The notes: generated from the sequence alone by a model not told the origin. A stretch of DNA of 64,000 bases from Eledone cirrhosa (GCA_964016885.1 OZ024740.1:388368001-388432000), one strand, 5' to 3'; positions 41,444 to 55,789 are shown, counted from the first letter of the stretch. Translations and numbers: made by a program.

Positions 41444-41487
41444 TGTGTATGTGTATGTGTGTATATATGTATTTGTGTGTATGTATG

Positions 41488-41558
<71 letters not shown>

Positions 41559-41643
41559 ATATATATATATATATATGTGCGTGAGAGAGAGAGTGTGTAT
41601 ATATATCTGTGTGTGTGTGTGTATGTGTGTATGCCCGTGTGTG

Positions 41644-41770
<127 letters not shown>

Positions 41771-41862
41771 GTATCTGTGTGTGTATATATGCGTTATATG
41801 TATATATATGTGTATATTTATGTATAGGTCTGTGTATGTATGTGTAGGTTTGTATATGTATG

Positions 41863-41911
<49 letters not shown>

Positions 41912-41938
41912 ATAGATATTTATACATATGCATGTGTA

Positions 41939-41969
<31 letters not shown>

Positions 41970-42047
41970 GTGTGTATATATATATATGTGTGTATATATA
42001 TGTGTGTGCGTGTATATATATATATGTGTGTGTATTTGTATGTATAA

Positions 42048-42177
<130 letters not shown>

Positions 42178-42407
42178 GTATATATGTGTGTGTGTATGTG
42201 TGTGTATATGTGTATATATAATATGTATATATATATATGTGTGTGTAAATATATGTATGTATATGTGTATATATGTATATATATGTGTATATATATATAT
42301 GTGTATATATGTGTGTATATATGTATGTGCATACGTGTATATATGTGTGTATATATATGTTTATATGTATGTATGTGTATATGTATGTTTGTATGTATGT
42401 TTGTATG

Positions 42408-42470
<63 letters not shown>

Positions 42471-42471
42471 G

Positions 42472-42540
<69 letters not shown>

Positions 42541-42728
42541 GTGTGTGTGTATGTGTGTATATGTGTGTATATTTTTTTAATATATATGTATATATTTGAG
42601 TGTATGTATGTATATATATATACACATATATATATGTGTATGTGTGTGTATGTATGTGTGTATATATATATATATATGTATATGTGTGGGTGTGTGTATA
42701 TATGTGTGTATATATATATGTATGTGTA

Positions 42729-42781
<53 letters not shown>

Positions 42782-42888
42782 ATATGTGTATATATATGTG
42801 TGTATATGTATATATATATATATATATATGTATGTATGGTGCTTTTTCCTTTTATATGTGTATATATATGTGTATGTGTGTGTGTATA

Positions 42889-42951
<63 letters not shown>

Positions 42952-43210
42952 ATGTATGTGTGTGTGTGTGTTTGTATGTGTATATATTTGTTTATGTGTG
43001 TATATATATATATATATATGTTTGTGTATGTGTATGTATGTATATATGTATGTGGTTATATATATGAATGTGTATATATATATATATGTATATGTGTATA
43101 TATATGTGTGTGTGTGTTTGTGTGTATGTGTGTGTATATGTATATATATGTGTGTGTATGGGTTTTTTTTTATATATATATATATATATATACATATGTG
43201 TGTGCATGTA

Positions 43211-43261
<51 letters not shown>

Positions 43262-43279
43262 GTGTATGTATGTATGCGT

Positions 43280-43348
<69 letters not shown>

Positions 43349-43571
43349 ATGTGTGTGTGTGTGTGTATATGTGTCTGTGTATGTGTATGTATATATGTCT
43401 ATATGTATTTGTGTGTATATGTATACACATGTATATTTGTGTTTGTATGTATGAGTGTGAGTGTATTTATTTGTGTATATATATGTGTGTGTGTGTATGT
43501 ATGTGTATGTGTGTGTGTATGTGTATATGTATATATATATATATATATGTGTGTCTGTGTATGTGTATATA

Positions 43572-43623
<52 letters not shown>

Positions 43624-44224
43624 CGTATGTATGTATATGTGTATGTATGTGTGTGTACATGAATATATTTTTATATATGTGTGTGTTTTTTTATGTGTGT
43701 ATATGTGTTTGTGTGTGTGTTTATGGTTGTGCGTAAGTGTGTGAGTGAGTATGTGTTTTTTTGTTTTTTTGTGAATGTGTCTGTTGATTTTTGGCATATA
43801 GTTGATTAGTTTAAGAGAAGTTCGAAGATAATAGTAAGATATGCACTCAGTATTTTGAATCTGTCTGCAGAATTCTCTAGACCTTTGTCACTTAGTAGAA
43901 CCTTAATGATTTTAGCTTTTAAAGAATCTCCCTTTTCTTTAATTCTATCGACCATGACTGACCCCCACTGATTTTATAGACATCTGTTAGCTTAAGAGAA
44001 ACTTAACGACAAGGAATGGTATCCCATCCGGAACCTGTTTATAGAATTCTGTCTGCCCTTGTTACTCTAAAAACATAAATAAATAAAAATAAACTATAGC
44101 TTTGTAGAATTAGCTTTTAATGAATTCCCTTTTCTATCAACCAATGACCTGCACCCATCCCACTCCCCACCCTCTCCTACCACTTGTAGAGACCTATAAA
44201 TACCATATTTATTTTTTGATACCC

Positions 44225-44275
44225 AGATTCCTGATGATTTCTAATGAATGAAACAGTTCTAGTCCTGTAGAATCT
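44225..44275 (+). ncRNA. Type I hammerhead ribozyme at the 3' end of PLE 2
   Basis: agattc-CTGATGA-t ttc taat gaa t-GAA-acag ttctagtc ctgt-A-gaatct; GUA cleavage triplet. Confidence 0.8.
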
Positions 44276-45057
44276 CTTCTATATTAAAACTTTTATACTC
44301 TGCTATGTATTGAGTACCTTACTTACTGTGGTTACCTCCGATTCAACCCGGAATAACGTATATATATATATATATATACGTTATTCCGGGTATACATTTT
44401 CATATTACAAACGCTACCAGGATTGAACGCCTGTCTCCATCTCCGTTTGATTGTCAAAATACATATTAACATTCTCTATTAGTCTTAAATCTATCAACTT
44501 TTCTATTCTTTACCATTTAATATAAACTGCTATAGATAAAATGAGATTTCTTAATTCAACTCCCTAAAGCATATACCAGCAGGCTACCAGCATTGTTGTT
44601 ATACAGTAGTAGTGAAAATCTCTCTCTTCCTTACTTGACACTTTATATCTGTATTAATACTACTACACCAAACGACCAGCCCTGTCCATTGTTCAATTGG
44701 TCAAATATAGATTAAAATAGGCACTCCCCAATATTCTTATTTAGATAAAATAAGCCATATACTCATTTTATTCTCATTAAAAACCTTCTATACTTGTTTA
44801 CCAGCAAATTGAATTGCCATCTGTCATATACTATGCCTTCTCTTCTTCCTTTCTTACAACTAATATAAATACTTTGATTTTTCTGATTTTTTCCAGTTTA
44901 TCCAATATCTCTGAAGAAGTGACAACTGATTATACATTTGCTATTGAATACTTGTTAACATTATATGATTACGTAAGCAGCGATACATAGGTATTCCCTC
45001 TGTTACAGAAACATATGTCAATACCTAATAAATTCCTTTATATATATATATATATAT

Positions 45058-47115
45058 CTAAGGCGGGTAAAATTCCCGAGATCCATGGACGAGTTCTCTC
45101 CAGCGGTCTCTGTCCCTCATTATCGCTGCCATATCCTGCATCTCCAACAGACCAGTGTCTGTCCTTAGGGCATCAACATATGTTAACCTTGGTCTTCCTC
45201 TTCTAGTGTGTCCATGTAGGGGCTCCCAAAGGAGCACTGAGTGCAATGTCAACTCTGGATGTCGGTGAGCATGTCCAGCCAACCTCAGTCTCCTCTGTGT
45301 CACTTTTGAGCTGACTTTTGGGATGCTCCCATACAGCTCTGAGTTTTTCATCCTCAGTGTTTACTGATTAATGTTCAGAGCCATCCTCAGCATTCTCGTG
45401 TAGCACCCATCCACCATCTGAGTGAGTCTCTTGGTCAGTGTCCAAGTCTCAGACCCATACAGCAGCACAGACTCCACTACAGCAATGAAGAGGCGGATTT
45501 TCAGGTCTCTACGAAGGTCCGACTTCCACACCGATCTCAAGCTGTGATACGCCGCCCAGGTCTTGCTCTTCCTCTCAACCACATCATCTTCCGTATTCCC
45601 AATCTTTGCTCCCAAATACAGGAAGTCCTCAACCAATTCCAGCGGCTTTCCGCCTCATTAGTGATCCCCTCTGGCTTCTCAACATTCTCTACCAGATATT
45701 TTGTTTTAGTCTCATTCATTCTCAGCCCCACACTCATTGACACAGTCTCAACCTCCCGCATCAAATCCTCTGCCTCCTTCACTGTATTTGTCACCAAAAC
45801 TATGTCGTCGGCAAATTCAGCATACGATACCTTTTTCGCCCCAACTCTCCTGCTCTGAGCCGGTGCTACAGTAAAGCTAGAGTCCTGGTGTTTCTCCAGT
45901 GCAAGGCGCATACAATAGTCCACTACGATGATAAAAAGGTAGGGAGCCAATGTATCTCCCTGGAGCACTCCAGCCAGTATCTCAAAGAACTCTGTCATCC
46001 CATCAGGTGTAATGACTTGGGCTTTGGTGTTGGTGTAGAGCAGTGATATCAGGTCCACTATCCTCTTGGGGATTCCATAAGCCTGTAACGGTCCATCAGG
46101 CAGTAACGGTCCACAGAATCAAAGGCCTTCCTAAAGTCAATGAAAACCATGACCGCAGGAAGGCACTTTGCTCTAGCTCCCTCTAATATCCTCCTCAGCA
46201 TCAGGATGTGACTGGTGGTGGATCTACCCTCTCTGAAGCCGTTCTGGTTGTCCCTGAGCTTCTTCTCCATCTCAGGCTGGATCCTGTTAAGAATCATCCT
46301 GTTGAGGGTCTTTGCCACAAGTGACGTCAGTGAGATCCCCCGGTAGTTGTTGGTGTTAGAGTTGTTGGTTTAGTGCTCTGTGTGGAGAGTCAGAGGAGAG
46401 AGAGATTGGATGGACTGAGGAGAGTGTGACGAGGAGGTACGGGCACTTCACCAATGCAGTGGCGAAAGCAAGTGAAACCCTGGTGCCGAGGAAAAAGAAC
46501 AAAGGGAAGCACGTCGGCTCTGCAAACCCAAAAGTGTGTGCAGCCAGAGAACACCTGAAAGCTGCCAGGGACCAATTCTATGCTGATCCTACGGAGGAGA
46601 GGATGGAGACTGTGGAGGTGGTGAGGGAAGAGCTCTGTACCGCTTACACTGCGGTCAGAGAGGAGGCACTGATAGAGAAGATCAGAAGTGTGGAGAGAGC
46701 GATTGACAGATCTGGATGTAACGAGAGCTGGATGATCATCAACGAGATCACAGGGAGGAAGAAAAGGGTTTCGAGTCAGATCCAGGGAACGGGGCCCGAG
46801 GATAGGAAGAGGAAATGGCTAGACCATTTTAGGACCCTACTAGGAGAGCCACCCTCCACAGCCCAGAGCACTGGGGAGATCAGGCGGCTGTTTGAGGAAC
46901 TGGATGTTGAGACAGAGCCCTTCACCAGAGAGGAGCTTCAGAGAGCCAAGAAGAAGATCAAGGAGGGCAAGGCTCATGGAGAAGATGGAGTGGCATCAGA
47001 GGTGATGAAGAGGTGTGATTTTGATGATATCATCCTGGGGTTCTGTAACGGGGCACTGGAGAAAGGAGTTGCCCCGAATCAGTGTGGAGGATCAGTAACA
47101 TCGTCCCAGTGCCAA

Positions 47116-47124
<9 letters not shown>
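45058..47124 (-). mobile_element. RTE-clade LINE, 5'-truncated, with an inverted 5' segment
   Basis: Minus 46350-45058 carries NYRGISL, QNGFR, FIDFRKAFDS, LQGDTLAPYLF, FADD, LLYGSETW, RLRLAGH. Plus ~46380-47124 encodes the upstream part ending IVPVPKKG. (TA)n on both sides. Confidence 0.9.
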
Positions 47125-47159
<35 letters not shown>

Positions 47160-47162
47160 TAT

Positions 47163-47968
47163 AATCATAGATATTATAAGATATTTAATAGAAATGTAGT
47201 TAAGATCAGTTACGCTTGTTGCCCATCAATGAAGCCTAAGATCACTAATTCAAATTATACAAGAACAAATCCAGGATGCAGTTGCAGGAAACCGGATTAC
47301 AGGGCAAATGTAACACCAAATCTGTTGTTTATGAGGCCAAAGCGACACCTTTAATCAACAACCAGCAAGCCAGGAGTGAGCGATATGTTGGCATGACCCA
47401 GGACAGGTTTAAAACCAGGTTTTATGCACATGTTTCTTTTAAGCACTCCGATAAACGAACAGCAATGGCCCTCGCAAGTAAGGTGTGGGAATTCAAGGAT
47501 AAAAACATCCCGTACTCTATCGATTAGTCTATTTTAGACCATTCGAGGGAGTACCAAAGGGGCACAAAGAATTGTTCTTTGTGTACCACAGAAAAATATA
47601 GGATTTTGCTAAACTTGAAAGCCACTTCTGCTTGCCTGAACTCAAAGACCGAGATCTTCAGATGTTGTCCTCATCTGAAATCACATCTGATCTGTAACTG
47701 GATTGACATTCCTATGATAACTCAACCACGTTGAACTCCTTTCCTGCTCTTTACTTCCACTACGGCTTTTTTACCTGCTGAATCCACGTTCTGTACTCTC
47801 GTATTCTCTTTCTCCCTTATCTACCCTTATATTTAAACCTTTTCCTATGTCATTTATTCCCCCCTCTTTTTCCCCCCTACTTTTTTGCTTACCCTTCACA
47901 TACCAAATTTTTTTTATTTTCAGATATCACTTTTTTTTGTGTGTTGCGTATATGTATGTATATGTGTA

Positions 47969-48029
<61 letters not shown>

Positions 48030-48198
48030 GTATATATATATGTGTGTGTTTATGTATATGTGTATGTATATATGTGTGTGTATGTATGTTTATATCTATC
48101 TGTATGTATATGTATATGTATATATAATCGTATATTATATATTTCTGTTGTATTTGTGCGTGTGTGTGTGTATATATATATATATGTATATGTGTATA

Positions 48199-48246
<48 letters not shown>

Positions 48247-48380
48247 AGTGTATGTGTGTATATATAAATTTAATGTGTGTGTATGGGCGTGTGTATATTT
48301 GTGCGTGTATATGTATTTTTTTATATAATGGTTTTGTGTGAAACGGCTTGAGCTCTGCCGTGGGGTCAGACTTTTTCCTA
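47163..48380 (+). mobile_element. Third Penelope-like element fragment (GIY-YIG end, decayed) plus 3' tail
   Basis: HRYYKIFNRNVVKISY, GCSC, VVY...YVGMT..FKTRFYAH, CSLCTTEK, RCCPH; stop at 47732-47734. The tail ends in a half-hammerhead-like gaaacggcttgagctctgccgt. Confidence 0.85.
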
Positions 48381-48482
48381 TGTGTGTATATATATATATA
48401 TATATACGTAATTGTATGTGTGTGTGTATTTCTGTGGTTGTGTTTTTGTGTGTGTGTGTGTATGTATATATATGTATATATA

Positions 48483-48536
<54 letters not shown>

Positions 48537-48647
48537 TTGAAAAAAATGAAAACGAAATTTCATTTCTCACTCTTAGTATGGCACTTACTTAAATGTAAGT
48601 ATGTACGTATACGTACATACATATATGTATACAGACGTACAGTAGCA

Positions 48648-48693
<46 letters not shown>

Positions 48694-48869
48694 CATATAT
48701 ATACACATATGCATACAGGTACACATACATATATGCACGCATCAGTTTAGCCGACGTTTATTATAACGCCTGCTTTGTTCGTTTGTTTGTCAACAAATCG
48801 AACAGCCTGAATTTATGCCATACGGTGTTAAGGCAACCACGTCACCTTTTTGTTCAACACTGACACAGG

Positions 48870-48914
48870 AACGATGTACTAGTTTCAAGCTTGTTAGCTA
48901 TCATCAGCACCGTT
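48870..48914 (-). ncRNA. Type I hammerhead, unit 1
   Basis: Minus strand: aacggtg-CTGATGA-t agct aaca agct t-GAA-actagt-A-catcgtt. Confidence 0.85.
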
Positions 48915-49148
48915 TACCCATCTGCCAGATAGTTGAACGTTCGAAAGTATATACTTTCCTTATGAAAATTAACGGCTGAGCAGCCTAATTTGCATATTGA
49001 GTGAGTTAAATCGGTCAGGCATACCGAAAACGATAAGTTGAAAAAAATGAAAACGAAATTTCATTTCTCACTCTTAGTATGGCACTTACTTAAGTGTAAG
49101 TATGTATGTATACGTACATACATATATGTATACAGACGTACAGTAGCA

Positions 49149-49212
<64 letters not shown>

Positions 49213-49382
49213 TATACACATATACATACAGGTACACATACATATATGCACGCATCAGTTTAGCCGACGTTTATTATAACGCCTGCTTTGTTCGTTTGTT
49301 TGTCAACAAATCGAACAGCCTGAATTTATGCCATACGGTGTTAAGGCAACAACGTCACCTTTTTGTTCAACACTGACACAGG

Positions 49383-49427
49383 AACGATGTACTAGTTTCA
49401 AGCTTGTTAGCTATCATCAGCACCGTT
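49383..49427 (-). ncRNA. Type I hammerhead, unit 2
   Basis: Same motif as unit 1. Confidence 0.85.
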
Positions 49428-49661
49428 TACCCATCTGCCAGATAGTTGAACGTTCGAAAGTATATACTTTCCTTATGAAAATTAACGGCTGAGCAGCCTA
49501 ATTTGCATATTGAGTGAGTTAAATCGGTCAAGCATACCGAAAACGATAAGTTGAAAAAAATGAAAACGAAATTTCATTTCTCACTCTTAGTATGGCACTT
49601 ACTTAAATGTAAGTATGTATGTATACGTACATACATATATGTATACAGACGTACAGTAGCA

Positions 49662-49741
<80 letters not shown>

Positions 49742-49911
49742 TATACATATATGCATACAGGTACACACACATATATGCACGCATCAGTTTAGCCGACGTT
49801 TATTATAACGCCTGCTTTGTTCGTTTGTTTGTCAACAAATCGAACAGCCTGAATTTATGCCATACGGTGTTAAGGCAACCACGTCACCTTTTTGTTCAAC
49901 ACTGACACAGG

Positions 49912-49956
49912 AACGGTGTACTAGTTTCAAGCTTGTTAGCTATCATCAGCACCGTT
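49912..49956 (-). ncRNA. Type I hammerhead, unit 3
   Basis: Same motif; stem I fully Watson-Crick (aacggtg/caccgtt). Confidence 0.85.
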
Positions 49957-50190
49957 TACCCATCTGCCAGATAGTTGAACGTTCGAAAGTATATACTTTC
50001 CTTATGAAAATTAACGGCTGAGCAGCCTAATTTGCATATTGAGTGAGTTAAATCGGTCAGGCATACCGAAAACGATAAGTTGAAAAAAATGAAAACGAAA
50101 TTTCATTTCTCACTCTTAGTATGGAACTTACTTAAATGTAAGTATGTATGTATACGTACATACATATATGTATACAGACGTACAGTAGCA

Positions 50191-50312
<122 letters not shown>

Positions 50313-50482
50313 TATACACATATACTTACAGGTACACATACATATATGCACGCATCAGTTTAGCCGAAGTTTATTATAACGACTGCTTTGTTCGTTTGTT
50401 TGTCAACAAATCGAACAGCCTGAATTTATGCCATACGGTGTTAAGGCAACAACGTCACCTTTTTGTTCAACACTGACACAGG

Positions 50483-50527
50483 AACGATGTACTAGTTTCA
50501 AGCTTGTTAGCTATCATCAGCACCGTT
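50483..50527 (-). ncRNA. Type I hammerhead, unit 4
   Basis: Same motif as unit 1. Confidence 0.85.
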
Positions 50528-50761
50528 TACCCATCTGCCAGATAGTTGAACGTTCGAAAGTATATACTTTCCTTATGAAAATTAACGGCTGAGCAGCCTA
50601 ATTTGCATATTGAGTGAGTTAAATCGGTCAAGCATACCGAAAACGATAAGTTGAAAAAAATGAAAACGAAATTTCATTTCTCACTCTTAGTATGGCACTT
50701 ACTTAAATGTAAGTATGTATGTATACGTACATACATATATGTATACAGACGTACAGTAGCA

Positions 50762-50825
<64 letters not shown>

Positions 50826-50995
50826 TATACATATATGCATACAGGTACACACACATATATGCACGCATCAGTTTAGCCGACGTTTATTATAACGCCTGCT
50901 TTGTTCGTTTGTTTGTCAACAAATCGAACAGCCTGAATTTATGCCATACGGTGTTAAGGCAACCACGTCACCTTTTTGTTCAACACTGACACAGG

Positions 50996-51040
50996 AACGG
51001 TGTACTAGTTTCAAGCTTGTTAGCTATCATCAGCACCGTT
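50996..51040 (-). ncRNA. Type I hammerhead, unit 5
   Basis: Same motif as unit 3. Confidence 0.85.
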
Positions 51041-51274
51041 TACCCATCTGCCAGATAGTTGAACGTTCGAAAGTATATACTTTCCTTATGAAAATTAACG
51101 GCTGAGCAGCCTAATTTGCATATTGAGTGAGTTAAATCGGTCAGGCATACCGAAAACGATAAGTTGAAAAAAATGAAAACGAAATTTCATTTCTCACTCT
51201 TAGAATGGCACTTACTTAAATGTAAGTATGTATGTATACGTACATACATATATGTATACAGACGTACAGTAGCA

Positions 51275-51388
<114 letters not shown>

Positions 51389-51558
51389 TATAGACACATG
51401 CATACAGGTACACATACATATATGCACGCATCAGTTTAGCCGACGTTTACTATAACGCCTGCTTTGTTCGTTTGTTTGTCAACAAATCGAACAGCCTGAA
51501 TTTATGCCATACGGTGTTAAGGCAACCACGTCACCTTTTTGTTCAACACTGACACAGG

Positions 51559-51603
51559 AACGATGTACTAGTTTCAAGCTTGTTAACTATCATCAGCACC
51601 GTT
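51559..51603 (-). ncRNA. Type I hammerhead, unit 6
   Basis: Same motif; a stem II C-G pair is changed to U-G. Confidence 0.8.
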
Positions 51604-51837
51604 TACCCATCTGCCAGATAGTTGAACGTTCGAAAGTATATACTTTCCTTATGAAAATTAACGGCTGAGCAGCCTAATTTGCATATTGAGTGAGTTAAAT
51701 CGGTCAGGCATACCGAAAACGATAAGTTGAAAAAAATGAAAACGAAATTTCATTTCTCACTCTTAGTATGGAACTTACTTAAATGCAAGTATGTATGTAT
51801 ACGTACATACATATATGTATACAGACGTACAGTAGCA

Positions 51838-51917
<80 letters not shown>

Positions 51918-52087
51918 TATACACATATGCATACAGGTACACATACATATATGCACGCATCAGTTTAGCCGACGTTTATTATAACGCCTGCTTTGTTCGT
52001 TTGTTTGTCAACAAATCGAACAGCCTGAATTTATGCCATACGGTGTTAAGGCAACCACGTCACCTTTTTGTTCAACACTGACACAGG

Positions 52088-52128
52088 AACGGTGTACTAG
52101 TTTCAAGCTTGTTAGCTATCATCAGCAC
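52088..52128 (-). ncRNA. Type I hammerhead, unit 7 (stem I shortened by a deletion)
   Basis: Core intact; deletion immediately after atcagcac. Confidence 0.65.
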
Positions 52129-52283
52129 GTATATACTTTCCTTATGAAAATTAACGGCTGAGCAGCATAAATTCAGGCTGTTCGATTTGTTGACAAACAA
52201 ACGAACAAAGCATGCGTTATAATAAACGTCGGCTAAACTGATGCGTGCATATATGTATGTATACCTGTATGCATATGTGTATA

Positions 52284-52367
<84 letters not shown>

Positions 52368-52601
52368 TGCTACTGTACGTCTGTATACATATATGTATGT
52401 ACGTATACATACATACTTACATTTAAGTAAGTGCCATATTAAGAGTGAGAAATGAAATTTCGTTTTCATTTTTTTCAACTTAACGTTTTCGGTATGTCTG
52501 ACCGATTTAACTCACTCAATATGCAAATTAGGCTGCTCAGCCGTTAATTTTCATAAGGAAAGTATATACTTTCGAACGTTCAACTATCTGGCAGATGGGT
52601 A

Positions 52602-52646
52602 AACGGTGCTGATGATAGCTAACAAGCTTGAAACTAGTACATCGTT
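52602..52646 (+). ncRNA. Type I hammerhead, inverted unit
   Basis: aacggtg-CTGATGA-tagctaacaagctt-GAAA-ctagt-A-catcgtt on the + strand. Confidence 0.88.
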
Positions 52647-52888
52647 CCTGTGTCAGTGTTGAACAAAAAGGTGACGTGGTTGCCTTAACACCGTATGGCA
52701 TAAATTCAGTCTGTTCGATTTGTTGACAAACAAATCAGGCGTTATAATAAACGTCGGCTAAACTGATGCGTGCATATATGTATGTTTACCTGTATGCATA
52801 TGTGTATATATATGTATATATATATATATATATATGCATGCTACTGTGCGTCTGTATACATATATGTATGTACGTATACATACATACT

Positions 52889-52935
<47 letters not shown>

Positions 52936-52941
52936 GTGTAT

Positions 52942-53034
<93 letters not shown>

Positions 53035-53459
53035 GGTGTATGTATATGCATAATTATATACAGTGATTTAATGCTCATTTTCATTGATCTTTTGCTCCAG
53101 GAATTTGTTGAGTGCTCTAAATCTGTTATCAACATTTATACCCTTTTCTAAATATATAATTTTTTATTTATTATTTGTCGTATTCCCAACTTTTTATTTT
53201 CATTTTTATTTTTATTTTTATTTTTATTTTTATTTTTATTTTTATTTTTATTTTTATTTTTATTTTTATTTTTATATATACAATATTTTTTTATATATAC
53301 AATATTTAGGTTTTTTCATATATATAATGTTTATGTTCTTTCTCATATATATATATATATAGTTATATGTGCGTGTGTGTGTGTATGTATGTATGCATAC
53401 CTATGTGTATGTATATATGTGTGTGTAGGTATATGTGTGTATGTGTGTATGTATGTGTA

Positions 53460-53517
<58 letters not shown>

Positions 53518-53661
53518 TATATTAGGTATAGAATTATCCAAGATGTAGTAATCGTTAATTACTACACTGGATATAGTTGACGTACGGTAAGAGGTTACTC
53601 TACGAGTTATGGAAGAATTGTTCAAGAAACTTAGTTCCTGATACTTCAGTATTCCGGAGTG

Positions 53662-53960
53662 TATATAAAGAATGAATAATAACAGGTCGACATCATAAAA
53701 ATGTAATTTATTCCGTGTGCTTACAAGTGTTTCCACGGTGGTACTGCAGCCTAGTTATGCTACGTGCAAATTCACAAGTACTTGCAGAACTCGAATATCC
53801 AATGCTGTGACCACTGTTTCCTCAGAGCATTGGATATTCGAGTTCTGCAAGTACTTGTGAATTTGCACGTAGCATAACTAGGCTGCAGTACCACCGTGGA
53901 AACACTTGTAAGCACACGGAATAAATTACCTTTTATGATGTTTACCTGTTATTATTCATT

Positions 53961-53969
<9 letters not shown>
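53662..53969. repeat. ~308-bp near-perfect palindrome with a ~19-bp centre
   Basis: ttccgtgtgcttacaagtgtttccacggtgg...ccaatgct pairs with agcattgg...ccaccgtggaaacacttgtaagcacacggaa. Confidence 0.93.
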
Positions 53970-54039
<70 letters not shown>

Positions 54040-55038
54040 TTTGAAGTTAACAAGGTTCATATGAAGTATCTAAGTATGAGTTTTACACACACATATATAT
54101 GTGTCTTTGTATTTGTATGTATGTGTTTGTGATATGTATGTATATGTATGTGTATGTGTGTATGTGTGTGTATATATGTATATGTGTGTGTATATATGTA
54201 TATGTGTGTGTGTATATGTATATGTGTATGCGTATGTATGTGTTTATGTATTTGTATATGTATATTTATGTATGAGAGTGTGTGTATTTATTTATTTTTA
54301 CGTATGTATGTGTACGTGCATTTGTGTGTATTGCTTACCACATGTGTTTGTTCATTTATTTGTTGCCTGTATCGCTGTCAACACTATAATAATCTTTATA
54401 TTCATTTTTTTTTAATGTTATATATGTTTTCTTATATTTATTTGTGTATGAGTATGTAGGTGTGTGTATATATTTCTATATTTGTGCATGCGTATGTATA
54501 CGTGTAAATATGTGTGTATGTATGTGTATGTATGTACGTGTGTATATACGTATGATCGTGTGTGTGTATGTATGTGTATGTATATATGTATGTATATGTA
54601 TGTGTATGTATATATATATATGTGTGTGTGTGTGTATATATATGTATGTGTGTATGTATGTATATGTGTGTTTATGTATATATATATATATATGCATGTA
54701 GATGTGTGTGTGTGTGTGTATTCATGTTTGTCTATTTGTATGTATCTGTATGTATGAATATGTTGATATTTATGTGTGTATGTATGTATGTGTATATGTC
54801 TGTGTATGGATATATGTACACATATATATGTGTGTGCGTGTGTGTATATGTGTGTGTGTATGTATGTGTGTATGTATATATATATGTGTATGTCTATATT
54901 TGTGTGTGTGTGTGTGTGTTTGCATGTGTGTTTTCATTTTTCTTTCCTTCTTCCTTTTCCAGCCTCACTTTCATATAGAATATATTTTTGTCTTTAAAAT
55001 CCAATAAATACACCAAGCCAATAAATACACCAGGATGT

Positions 55039-55099
55039 TTTCATTCTGATGATTGAAAGCAAAATTCTTTTGCTTTTAAGAAACCACTGGTAAATGAAA
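55039..55099 (+). ncRNA. Type I hammerhead ribozyme (orphan, Penelope-terminus-like)
   Basis: tttcatt-CTGATGA-ttgaaagcaaaa ttc ttttgcttttaa-GAA-acca c tggt-A-aatgaaa. Confidence 0.85.
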
Positions 55100-55124
55100 T
55101 AATTGCCTTATGTTGTTTATTACA

Positions 55125-55197
<73 letters not shown>

Positions 55198-55345
55198 GAA
55201 ATAGGATTTCGCTTCAAGCATAGTTTTATACAATATGTATAAATATTTCGTATCTCCAAAGAAATACGGTTTTATGAAGCCGTAGCTATGCAAACACCGG
55301 GGGGCTAGCGCCATCTGGTGATGTCCAACAGAAGAAAGGGGGACA

Positions 55346-55389
55346 ACCGTCTATGCATTTCAGGCTTAACTGGCCTTCCTCAGGATGGT
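55346..55389 (-). ncRNA. Type I hammerhead ribozyme
   Basis: Minus strand: accatc-CTGAGGA-aggc cagttaa gcct-GAA-atgcat-A-gacggt. Confidence 0.8.
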
Positions 55390-55593
55390 CCCTCCCACCG
55401 CTTGGAGATACTAAATATTTATACATATTGTATAAAGCTGTGCTTGAAGCGAAATCCTATTACTTTTTTATTATAAGTTGAGCCAACTTATGCAGCTTCA
55501 TATGCAAATGAGATTAATCACCTCATTTATACAGATGAGAAAATATATATTCTCGCCTGTCTTCTAGTCCAGCAATCCCAAGCGGTGGGAGGG

Positions 55594-55637
55594 ACCGTCC
55601 TGACGAAGGCCAGTTAAGCCTGAAATGCATAGACGGT
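55594..55637 (+). ncRNA. Type I hammerhead ribozyme
   Basis: accgtc-CTGACGA-aggc cagttaa gcct-GAA-atgcat-A-gacggt; stems I and II are perfect. Confidence 0.9.
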
Positions 55638-55789
55638 TGTCCCCCTTGCTTCTGCTGGACATCACCAGAGGGCGTTAGCACCTCGGTGTTTGCATAGCTA
55701 TGGCTTCCTAAAACCGTATTTCTTTGGAGATATGAAATATTTATACATATATATATAGATATTGAGTGTTTGAGTATATTTTGACTTAA

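Larger units (their letters stand above)
55193..55750 (+). mobile_element. Second hammerhead-bearing repeat family: ~322-bp monomer with a partial direct repeat and an inverted 5' copy
   Basis: ttggagata..aaatatttatacatat occurs at 55402 and 55724. 55193-55405 is the reverse complement of unit sequence. Flanked by (TA)n. Confidence 0.8.

Noticed and set aside
44903-44965. CTGAAGA-stem-GAATAC possible hammerhead (similarly the ccgacga hairpin at ~22060-22100)
   Set aside because: The core is mutated and no convincing stem I or III is present.
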